From: Candidatus Latescibacterota bacterium
GTDB taxonomy: Bacteria > Latescibacterota > UBA2968 > UBA8231
Reading direction: 5' to 3'
NCBI GenBank assembly: GCA_965248355.1
Contig: OZ252098.1
Location: 480,001-544,000, forward strand
DNA: 64,000 nucleotides
The position numbers and the translations under genes were made by a program. Shown here piece by piece: positions 9,881-17,998 of the stretch. The notes beneath the pieces are model-generated. The model saw nothing but the letters and a program-made list of their open reading frames with translations. It made no database searches and was not told the DNA's origin. Position 1 is the stretch's first letter, and every line of letters begins with the position of its first letter.

Positions 9881-11029
9881 ATGTCGCAAGACCCGAAGTA
9901 CCGCGTCGCCCTCATCGGCGGCGGCAGGGCCGGGCCCTCGAGGGCCCGCGCCTTCGATGCCCATCCCCTGTGCGCCGTGGTGGCCGTGGCCGACACCGAC
10001 CCGGAGAACCTGGAGTTGACGTCGCGGCGGTTCGGGGCCGCCCCCTACGCCACCTGGGACGAGATGTTCGCCAGGGAGCAGCTCGACATCGTCCTGCCCA
10101 TCCTGCCGGTGCGTCCCAACGCCGACGCCGTGGTGGCCGCCGCCGAGGCCGGCGTCAAGGCGATCTTCTGCGAGAAGCCGCTCACCGCCTCCCTGGCCGA
10201 CGCGGACCGCATGGTGGAGGCCTGCGCCAGCCGCGGAATCCCCCTCGGGGCGGGGGTGATGGTCTCCTCCCATCCCGACTACCGGAGGGCCTACGGCCTG
10301 GCCTCCGGCGGCACGATCGGCCCCGTCAACCGCATCAACCTCTACGGCAGCAACAACCAGGGCGGCTGCCACGGCCTCAACCTGACCCGCAAGTTCGCCG
10401 GCAAGGCGGCGGTGGAGCAGGTCGTGGGCCGCGTCTCCGAAGACCCGCACAGCGACCATGAGCACGCCTACGACGAGGCCCGCACCGGGTTCGGCGACCT
10501 GGGCGGCTGGGTGCGCTTCGCCAACGGGGTCGAGGCCTTCCTCGGCGTGGGCGGGGTCATGAGCGGCATCGAGGTCATCGGAACCCGGGGCCTGATCCTG
10601 AACCGGAACAACACGGGACTCGGCCTGCAGCTGCGCCTGGCTCCGGAGAGGCTGGAGCGGATCGGGCTCGTCGACATGGAGACGGTGGAGGCCGGTTTCG
10701 AGACGAAGTCCTTCACGGACCGGGGATACGACGAGGCGGGCTGGGTGGATCCCGGCGACGTCATGCGCGCCATCGTCGACGACTTCATCCGCGTCCTCGA
10801 GGGGGGAGGGGAGTTGGAGATCACCACGGGGGACGACCTGCGTCACGCCCTCGAGATAGCCATCGCCCTGCGCGAGTCCCACCGGCGCGGCCAGGTGCCC
10901 GTCACCCTGCCCCTCGAGGACCGGTCCCTGACGATGTACCCGCAACGGACGCGCTGGCACTACAAGAAGACGATCCTGGGCCGGGAAGCCTACATGGCCC
11001 AGCTGGCTCAGCAGAAACGGGAGGGGTGA
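9881..11029 (+). CDS. Gfo/Idh/MocA family oxidoreductase
   Basis: RVALIGGG Rossmann start and CEKP motif. Confidence 0.85.
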   Translation: MSQDPKYRVALIGGGRAGPSRARAFDAHPLCAVVAVADTDPENLELTSRRFGAAPYATWDEMFAREQLDIVLPILPVRPNADAVVAAAEAGVKAIFCEKPLTASLADADRMVEACASRGIPLGAGVMVSSHPDYRRAYGLASGGTIGPVNRINLYGSNNQGGCHGLNLTRKFAGKAAVEQVVGRVSEDPHSDHEHAYDEARTGFGDLGGWVRFANGVEAFLGVGGVMSGIEVIGTRGLILNRNNTGLGLQLRLAPERLERIGLVDMETVEAGFETKSFTDRGYDEAGWVDPGDVMRAIVDDFIRVLEGGGELEITTGDDLRHALEIAIALRESHRRGQVPVTLPLEDRSLTMYPQRTRWHYKKTILGREAYMAQLAQQKREG

Positions 11030-11039
11030 GGAGGCCGGA

Positions 11040-11078
11040 TCCCGAGTACCGGGAGGCGCCGCTCCCGCGGTCTCGGGA
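11040..11078. terminator. GC-rich hairpin between convergent genes
   Basis: TCCCGAG...CTCGGGA outer stem with GGGAG/CTCCC inner stem. No U-tract. Confidence 0.35.
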
Positions 11079-11087
11079 GGTCTCGGT

Positions 11088-13025
11088 TCATTCCAGGAGT
11101 CGGACGCCGCGGATCTTGAGCGCCGCGTAGCGGTGCGTTCGCGGCGAGCGTCCCGCGAGCAGGACGAACCTGCTGTCGGCGAGCAGCCCCGTGTAGAAGT
11201 ACCCCGCCCTGCGCAGGGAGGCCGGCAGAGGGGCCTCCACCCGGAAGTCGCCGGTTCCCTCGACCGGGAAGACCTCTCCGGGCGCGTCGTTGAACTCCAC
11301 CTGGATCGACGTGGGCGCCGCCGGAGCCCGCGGATCGACGGCGACCTCGAACCGGACGCGCCGCTTGGCGCCGTCGTTGTACAGGAGGAAGGTGGAGCGG
11401 CGGTCGAACCAGAGACCGGTGCCGTCCGCCCGGGAGGGGTCTTGGCTGCAGCCCCGGATGATCTGTCCGAGTGCGGCCTGCCCGGGCCTGGTGAAGTCCA
11501 GGTCGGCGGAAAACCGGTCGAGGTCCTCCTCGTCCCCGAAGGGGCCGAACCGGCTCACCGTCGCTCCGGCCATGGGGAAGTACTGCGCGGGGAGCCTGTG
11601 ATTCCGCGGTCTCCGGGGGGTGACGTACCCCAGCGAGCGAAGCTCCCTGAGCTTCTCCGCGGTCCGGTCGGCCTCGGACCGCTGCCGGGCGTTGAAGATG
11701 TCCAGATTCCTGTTGTAGTGCTGTCTCAGTTCCCCGTAGAGCCTGGCAGCCACGTCGGCTTCGGTCTCGAACAGGTTCCGGGTCTCCCCGGGATCTCGGT
11801 CCAGGTCGTAGAGCTCCTTGGAGTCCCGCAGCCTGTCGAGGATCAGCTTCCACCTCCCGTCCTGCAGTGTCTGGATCAGCGTGCTCACAGGCCGGTTGGC
11901 GAAGAAGGTGCCCTCCGAGTAGATGGCCCGGGCGTCCTCCGGGCCTGCGGGGAGCTCGGCCCTGGAGAAGGGCCACAGAGACCGGCCCTGGACCTGTTCC
12001 GGCGCCGGAATCCCCGCTTGCGCCAGAAGGGTGGGGAGCACGTCGATGAGGCTCACGGGCCTGGAGATCCTGCGGCCGCTCCCGTCCTCGCGGGGGTCGA
12101 AGATGACGAGGGGGACGTGCAGGCCCGCATCGTAGCCGGAGTTGGCGTGTCCGAAGAACCCATGCTCCAGCAGTTGCTCGCCATGGTCGGACGTGACCAC
12201 GACCACGGTGGTGCGGTCCAGTCCGTTCTCGGCCAGGGCCTTCAGGATCGCCCCCACCGCCTCGTCCCAGTAGGCGATGGAGGAGTCGTACAGGTCCGAA
12301 TAATCCTCGAAGTAGCGGGCGACTTCGCCCTGGTGTCCCGGTTCGTCCCGCCAGTTCTGCACCGCGGACCACCAGGCCCGCATCACCATGGTCTCCAGGA
12401 GCAGGGAGTCCTGCATGTCGAAGGCGAAGGTGGCCGGATCGGCCAACCTGTGGAAATCGGCAGGGGGAATTCGGTGCGGGTCGTGGACGTCGAGGAAGTG
12501 CACGTACGCCAGGAAGGGGTGGTCCCCAGCCGCGGATTGCCTGCCGATGAATTCCCTGGCAGCCTCGGCCAGTTCGAAGGCCGAAGCCCTGTTCTTCTCG
12601 AAGTGCTCGTAGAATCCCTGATCCATCCGGTACTTCCGGCCCGCGAGCCCGTTGGCGATGAAGGCCGCCGTCGTGTACCCGGCGTCGCCGAAGATCTCGG
12701 CCATGGTCAGGTTGGCGTCCTCCAGCACATAGTCCGAGTTCACGTACCCGTGGGCGAGGGGGTATTGGCCGGTGAACAGGGAGGCGGTGGAGGCCTGGGT
12801 GTAGTCGGAAGGGGCGTAGCAGCGCGTGAAGAGGGTTCCCCTTGCGGCCAGGCGGTCGACGACCGAGCTGGTGGCCCTTCCATATCCGTAGCACCCGAGC
12901 CGGTCCGCCCTCAGTGTGTCCATGAGGAGGACCAGGATGTTCGGCCTCGGGGCCTGCGGCGCGGTGCAGGCGGTCAGGACGGCCAGGCCGGAAGCAGCGG
13001 CGACGAGGAGTCTAGGGAGGATCAA
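11088..13025 (-). CDS. Sulfatase-like hydrolase/transferase lipoprotein (alkaline phosphatase superfamily, Thr at nucleophile position)
   Basis: Lipobox LTAC, DTLRADRLGCYGY, YTQASTASLFTG, DVHDPH, SDHGE, LRSLGY and an extra C-terminal domain. Confidence 0.85.
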   Translation of the reverse strand: MILPRLLVAAASGLAVLTACTAPQAPRPNILVLLMDTLRADRLGCYGYGRATSSVVDRLAARGTLFTRCYAPSDYTQASTASLFTGQYPLAHGYVNSDYVLEDANLTMAEIFGDAGYTTAAFIANGLAGRKYRMDQGFYEHFEKNRASAFELAEAAREFIGRQSAAGDHPFLAYVHFLDVHDPHRIPPADFHRLADPATFAFDMQDSLLLETMVMRAWWSAVQNWRDEPGHQGEVARYFEDYSDLYDSSIAYWDEAVGAILKALAENGLDRTTVVVVTSDHGEQLLEHGFFGHANSGYDAGLHVPLVIFDPREDGSGRRISRPVSLIDVLPTLLAQAGIPAPEQVQGRSLWPFSRAELPAGPEDARAIYSEGTFFANRPVSTLIQTLQDGRWKLILDRLRDSKELYDLDRDPGETRNLFETEADVAARLYGELRQHYNRNLDIFNARQRSEADRTAEKLRELRSLGYVTPRRPRNHRLPAQYFPMAGATVSRFGPFGDEEDLDRFSADLDFTRPGQAALGQIIRGCSQDPSRADGTGLWFDRRSTFLLYNDGAKRRVRFEVAVDPRAPAAPTSIQVEFNDAPGEVFPVEGTGDFRVEAPLPASLRRAGYFYTGLLADSRFVLLAGRSPRTHRYAALKIRGVRLLE

Positions 13026-13296
13026 GGGGTCAGGGCGGAACTGCCAGGGACGAGGGGTCCTGCCGCGCCGGCCAGGGGGTTTCGCGTGCCTTTGGGTTGC
13101 CGCTTGAGGACGTGTCGAGCCACGGGGTTCACCCGTTCTGCCGGACGTAGCATCAACCGGGTATCTTAATCAAGGTGTGTCCCGAGGTCATCCGTTTCCG
13201 CGGACCGGCGTCATGGACCTGGGCTGAGGCAGGGCCATGGGGAGGAGCGGGGCAACGGCGTAGGTTCCCCGTTTTGGAGAAGGAGGTCACGAGAGC

Positions 13297-14856
13297 ATGG
13301 TCCGCCTGCCATGGGCCTGCATGTTGTTGATGGGGGCGGCGATCTGCGCTTGCGACTCCAGTCCGGCCAGCCGGCAGGAGCGTCTGCGGGCTCGCTATTC
13401 GCTGGCAGCCGCCCGTGCCGTGTCGATTCCGACGCTGCAGGCGGCGGTAGCCCGGGGACGGGCGACGGCGCACGAGCGCTGCGACCTGGCCGCGGCCCTG
13501 GCCGCCGGGGGGCGGTTGCGGTCCGCCCTGGATGTGCTGGAGGAGGCCCGCGAGCTCCATCCGGCGAGCGTGAGGGTTCTCTACAACCTCGGCCATCTGC
13601 AACGCCGGCTCGGCCGCCTGAACGAGGCCGTGGAAACCCTCACGGGGGCCGTGCGACTGGAGCCGGAATACGCGGATCTCCGTCTCAGCCTCTGTGGGGC
13701 GTACGCCCACCGGGCTCCAGCCGCCGCCGCCGGGTCGCCGGAGAGGGTGGTCCAGGCCGACCTGGACAGTGCCATCGCTCACTGCGGAGCGGCCGTCGGC
13801 CTTCTGCCCCGGGACCCGTTCTACCGTCACAACCTGGGGCGGGCCCTGTACCTGGCCGCCAGGTATGAAGAGGCGGCCGAGGCCTTCGGGGAGGCCCTGC
13901 GTCTCGACACCACCCGGCTGGACACCCGCCTGTACCTGGGGAAGTCACTGGTCGTCACCGGCCGGTTCGAACCGGCCAGTGAACACCTGAGCGGGGCCGT
14001 GGCGGGGGCGCCGAAGGACGCCGAGGGACACTACTTCAGGGGCCGGGCTTTCGAGGGGCTCGGTCGGGTTTCCGAGGCCGTTCGGGCTTACGAACGGGCG
14101 GTCGCCCTGAGGCCGGAATACGCCGACGCCCTCTACAGCCTCGGCCGCGTCCTCTACCGGGGAGGGCGGAAGGAGGAAGGGGACGGGGTGCTGGCCCGCT
14201 TCGAGGCCCTGGAGGCCCGGGGCGAGGCCGGACTGGCCGCTGCCCGGGCCGCGGTTCAGAGACAACCCCGGGACCTTCTCTCGCGCCGGGCCCTGGCAGC
14301 GCGGCTGATCGCTGGCGGGATGTTGTCGGAAGCTCGGGAACAGTTGATCGTAGCACGCGCCGTGGAGCCGGAGCACGCGGGAGTGCTGTTCGATCTCGGT
14401 CTGGTGCTTGCCCGCCAGCAGGACTGGCCGGGTTCGATCCGCGCCTTGCTCGAGGCGGTCCGGATCGAACCCGATTCGGCGGCCTACGGCGTGCGCCTGG
14501 CTCAGGCCTACGCCGGCGCCGGGATGACGGCGGAGGCCGCCCACACCCTGAGCCGAATCCTGGAGGCGCATCCATCGAACGACAAGGCCCGGCTGGAGAT
14601 GGCCCGAATCGAGGAGAGCCGGGGCCGCCTCGGGGAGGCGGAGAGCCTGCTGAAGGGCCTGTTGCGCGCTCCGATGGGAGAAGTCGATCTGGACGAGGTC
14701 CGGTTCCTCCTCGCCGTGATCCTCCTGCGCCGCGAGCGTCCGGCCGAGGCCAGGCCGCTCCTCGAAGAGATCGTGGCCAGCGATCCGGCCTTTCCCCGGG
14801 CGGCCGGGCTGCTGCGCGCCATCGAGCAGCGCCAGGAGGAGGGGACTGGACCCTGA
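13297..14856 (+). CDS. Tetratricopeptide-repeat (TPR) lipoprotein
   Basis: AAGGAGG RBS, ICAC lipobox-like motif and many TPR units (e.g. LYNLGHL...EAVETL...P, ALYSLGRVL). Confidence 0.85.
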   Translation: MVRLPWACMLLMGAAICACDSSPASRQERLRARYSLAAARAVSIPTLQAAVARGRATAHERCDLAAALAAGGRLRSALDVLEEARELHPASVRVLYNLGHLQRRLGRLNEAVETLTGAVRLEPEYADLRLSLCGAYAHRAPAAAAGSPERVVQADLDSAIAHCGAAVGLLPRDPFYRHNLGRALYLAARYEEAAEAFGEALRLDTTRLDTRLYLGKSLVVTGRFEPASEHLSGAVAGAPKDAEGHYFRGRAFEGLGRVSEAVRAYERAVALRPEYADALYSLGRVLYRGGRKEEGDGVLARFEALEARGEAGLAAARAAVQRQPRDLLSRRALAARLIAGGMLSEAREQLIVARAVEPEHAGVLFDLGLVLARQQDWPGSIRALLEAVRIEPDSAAYGVRLAQAYAGAGMTAEAAHTLSRILEAHPSNDKARLEMARIEESRGRLGEAESLLKGLLRAPMGEVDLDEVRFLLAVILLRRERPAEARPLLEEIVASDPAFPRAAGLLRAIEQRQEEGTGP

Positions 14857-14959
14857 ATGCGGGGGTGCCGGTTGCGAGGGGCGTGGGTCGGCCTTCTTCC
14901 GCGCAGCGGAAAGGGTGAAGGGTTTCCGCTGTTTTCGAATCTTCTCCTGCGGACTTATC

Positions 14960-15014
14960 TATAATCCAGTCACCACGATATCCAGTCACACGTGGGTTCC
15001 CAGATACACGTGGG
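14960..15014 (+). promoter_or_regulatory. TATAAT followed by two interlocked direct-repeat pairs
   Basis: TATAAT at 14960-14965, ATCCAGTCAC at 14964 and 14980, ACACGTGGG at 14988 and 15006, in an AT-richer intergenic region. Confidence 0.45.
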
Positions 15015-15048
15015 ACCTCACAAGCAGACAGAACAGGAGTGAGCACTC

Positions 15049-15672
15049 TTGGTGAGGTCTTCGGAACGACAGCCACCCCCAGGACGCCCTGCGCGCGCCG
15101 CCCGGGGCGGGGGCTTCGCAAGGACCGGTCCCGCATCCTCCGGGCGGGCGGCGGCCAGGGTTGTCGCCGGAGTCCTGGTCTCGGCGATGGCGGCCCTCCC
15201 CGGCTGCGGGGAACCCGAACGTCCGCTGCTGCATCCCACCGATCTTCTCGGACGCACTCCGGAGGCGCTCATGGACCGCCTGGGGGCCGCACAGATGCAC
15301 ATCGAGGAGACGCCGACGCGGATCGGCTTCCTGCGCTGGAACGACCTCGGCGGCATCCGGGTCCTCATCGCCTACAGTGACTCGACCAGCACCTACGTCA
15401 CCTACCGGTTTCCCGAGGAGGGGCCCTTCGAAGAGGAACAGGCCTTTCGCACCCTTGGACTGAGCCGGCCTTCCACGGCGGGCCGGCCCATGAAGGGGAG
15501 CCCGGCGCGGGTCTGGGATCCGGCCGGCGACCTCCCCCGTATTTCGGTCAACCCCTTTACGAGGCTGATCTCGGTGGGCCCTTTGCCGGACTGGGCCAAA
15601 CAGGGCATCCGCCACATGGAAGCCTCGGGGCCTCTGGACCTGTTGCGTCGTGAGTCCACGGAAGAGCCCTGA
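15049..15672 (+). CDS. Hypothetical lipoprotein
   Basis: AGGAG 9 nt before TTG. Hydrophobic stretch ending in LPGC, then a coding-like globular region. Start uncertain. Confidence 0.55.
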   Translation: MVRSSERQPPPGRPARAARGGGFARTGPASSGRAAARVVAGVLVSAMAALPGCGEPERPLLHPTDLLGRTPEALMDRLGAAQMHIEETPTRIGFLRWNDLGGIRVLIAYSDSTSTYVTYRFPEEGPFEEEQAFRTLGLSRPSTAGRPMKGSPARVWDPAGDLPRISVNPFTRLISVGPLPDWAKQGIRHMEASGPLDLLRRESTEEP

Positions 15673-15681
15673 AAAAAACCC

Positions 15682-15711
15682 TTGACTTGCCGCTCATTCC
15701 TAGACCATAAT
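15682..15711 (+). promoter_or_regulatory. Sigma70-type promoter of the FlgD-domain protein gene
   Basis: A-tract followed by TTGACT-N18-CATAAT. Confidence 0.6.
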
Positions 15712-15719
15712 ACGGCAAA

Positions 15720-15884
15720 TTCCCGCTGGACCTCTGCCGGCCCGAGAGGGTTTCCCGCGAGGATCCAGGCCGGGGGCAAGGGCGCAGTTGGTCCCATGGA
15801 GAGACAGGCCACAGAGCGGCCCATTTCAGTGACCGGAAATCCGGAGGCCGGCTGGATCCCCAGACGGCCGGCCTTCAAGGTCAC
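15720..15884 (+). other. Long structured 5' leader (candidate cis-regulatory RNA)
   Basis: Stem CTGGACCTC/GAGG(A)TCCAG encloses a CCC-GAGA-GGG GNRA hairpin. Stem GTGACC/GGTCAC encloses a 10-bp stem GGAGGCCGGC/GCCGGCCTTC. I do not recognise a known riboswitch class. Confidence 0.3.
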
Positions 15885-15945
15885 ACCTCCCCCCTTGCAG
15901 CTGCCCTTCGAGCATCACATCCCATCTACTCAGGAGGAAGTTTCC

Positions 15946-17841
15946 ATGCGAGTCTCTCGGTTGCTCACCGCGGTGGGCCTGAGCGCCCTTCTCGCCGGTT
16001 CCGCCTTCGCCCAGACCACGAGATACGGGGACCCGGACTTCACTGTGGAGAGGGACTGGCGCAGCGGCATGCCCATCGTGCTGACCGCCAGCACCCAGGA
16101 CATGGGGTACGAGTTCGACGGCAATCCCCTGCAGATCCCCTTCACCATCGCCGGCACGCGGGCTACCGTCTACCTGGCGGTCTACACCAGCGGCGCCAAC
16201 CCGCAGTACGGCGGGGACCCCTTCGGAGTGGGCGGCATCGGCGGAGCCGCCCTGAGGACAGCGGGCATCGACACCCTGGTGTCCCTGTCCGCGGGGGAGT
16301 CCTTCAGCGCCGGATCCCACACCATCGCCTGGGACGGCAACGACTTCAACGGCAATGCCGTGGCCGCCGGCGACTACGACTTCTTCCTCATCGCCATCGA
16401 CGACGTCTCCAAGCCGACCTGGACCGGCCGCGGCTCCTATGTGTGGAGCAGCCGGGCCTACGACTTCCGCTTCGACCCACCCGTGGTGTGGAACACCAAC
16501 GGGCAGGGTTCCAATCCGGAGGACGGCACCAGCTACGAGCAGCGGCTCGAGCGGGGCCCCATGGGCGTCGATCTGATCGCCAACGGCGACGTGCCCACGG
16601 ACTTCCTGATGCCGTGGATGGTACCGCGGCTGAAGGAGCTCAACGCCGAGATGAACCCCGACCAGTGGGACCTGTCCTTCGTCGAGATCGACCCTCAGGA
16701 TCCGAACGTGGCGTACGTGGGCAACTACGGATGCTGCGCCGGCATGCCGGGCGGCTTCTGGAAGGTCAACATCGACCTCGACAACGTCTCCACGTCGCCG
16801 GAGGAGAGCTTTGCTGATCGCGGTCACATCGTCTGGGAGCAGCGCGTCGCCGACGCGGCGCTGATGGCCGAGCACACCAAGGAGTGGCTCAGCGACGACG
16901 GTCTGATCTACATGACCCACATGGACCGCGAGGAGCCCTTCACGCCCCAGATCGTGATGTTCGACCGGGCCACGGGCGACATCGCCAACGTCATGGACAT
17001 GACGGACCTGTACGTGCAGAACCGTCCGGACACCGACACGCCCGACGCCCCGTACGTGCCGGGGCCCTTCGGCATCGACGTGGACGACACGGGGATCTAC
17101 ACCAGCGCCTACTGGATGCAGGCGCCGCGGGCGTTCCCAACGAAGTACACCCAGGATGGCGACATCATCTGGCAGAACCAGAACGGCGACGGGTTCATCG
17201 ACCGCTACACGGGCGAAGAGGCCGAGGCCCTCGGTATCGTGGTCGTCGACCAGATGGTCAACACCGACATCAGCGTCACGCGCCACGGCATCTCGGTGGC
17301 CGGCGGCTACAACGACCCGGCCTGGGGCTACATCTTCGGTCCCGATGGTTCCGGTCTGCTGCGCTTGGATCTGCCTCACATGGGTCCCGATCTCGGTGGC
17401 GAGGTGGTCATCATCGACCGCGGCGGCGAGTACGACGGGTTGTATATCCCGGTTTGCTGCAACCGCGCCGTGCAGTGGCCCTTCGACATCGTCAAGGCCA
17501 GCATCTCCGAGGGCGTGACGATGGTGACCGAGGTCGACGCGGCCCTGCCCACGGCCTTTGAGGTGAGCGATGCGGCGCCCAATCCGTTCAACCCCGAGAC
17601 CAGCTTCCGGGTGTCGATTCCCGAGACTGGAAAGGACCTTCACGTCCACATCGCGGTATACAACACAGCCGGGCAGCAGGTGGCGGTACTGGCTGACGAG
17701 CCGATGCGTCCGGGAGTCTACCAGACCACCTGGGATGGCCGGGACATGAACGGTCGCAAGGTGTCGAGCGGGGTGTATCTCTACACCGTCCGCGCCGGAG
17801 CCGATTTTGTCGAGTCGAAACGGATGACCCTACTGAAGTAG
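15946..17841 (+). CDS. Secreted protein with two FlgD Ig-like modules and T9SS type-A-like C-terminal sorting domain
   Basis: AGGAGG RBS, signal peptide ...SAFAQ, GSHTIAWDGNDFNGNAVAAGDY, and C-terminal PNPFNP...WDGRDMNGRKVSSGVYLY...KRMTLLK. Confidence 0.8.
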   Translation: MRVSRLLTAVGLSALLAGSAFAQTTRYGDPDFTVERDWRSGMPIVLTASTQDMGYEFDGNPLQIPFTIAGTRATVYLAVYTSGANPQYGGDPFGVGGIGGAALRTAGIDTLVSLSAGESFSAGSHTIAWDGNDFNGNAVAAGDYDFFLIAIDDVSKPTWTGRGSYVWSSRAYDFRFDPPVVWNTNGQGSNPEDGTSYEQRLERGPMGVDLIANGDVPTDFLMPWMVPRLKELNAEMNPDQWDLSFVEIDPQDPNVAYVGNYGCCAGMPGGFWKVNIDLDNVSTSPEESFADRGHIVWEQRVADAALMAEHTKEWLSDDGLIYMTHMDREEPFTPQIVMFDRATGDIANVMDMTDLYVQNRPDTDTPDAPYVPGPFGIDVDDTGIYTSAYWMQAPRAFPTKYTQDGDIIWQNQNGDGFIDRYTGEEAEALGIVVVDQMVNTDISVTRHGISVAGGYNDPAWGYIFGPDGSGLLRLDLPHMGPDLGGEVVIIDRGGEYDGLYIPVCCNRAVQWPFDIVKASISEGVTMVTEVDAALPTAFEVSDAAPNPFNPETSFRVSIPETGKDLHVHIAVYNTAGQQVAVLADEPMRPGVYQTTWDGRDMNGRKVSSGVYLYTVRAGADFVESKRMTLLK

Positions 17842-17872
17842 CCCTGGTCCACAGGTGGTCCAGAGAAGAAAG

Positions 17873-17918
17873 GTCAGGTAGGTCCCACAGATGCGGTCTG
17901 GACCTACCTGACTTTTTT
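17873..17918 (+). terminator. Rho-independent terminator
   Basis: Perfect 13-bp stem GTCAGGTAGGTCC/GGACCTACCTGAC followed by TTTTTT. Confidence 0.85.
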
Positions 17919-17998
17919 GCTTCCCCGGGCAACTCCGGGGGGCCAGGTGCGGGAGGACGATCCCGCTGCTTCGCAGATCATCAAAGGGGGAGGGGGAC

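Noticed and set aside
14960-15014. Short repeats as a possible mini-CRISPR
   Set aside because: Units are only 9-10 bp with two copies each, there are no spacer-sized intervals, and no cas genes are present.
15718-15945. Known riboswitch (c-di-GMP, cobalamin, TPP, SAM)
   Set aside because: The diagnostic conserved sequences were not found by eye. Kept only as an unknown structured leader.
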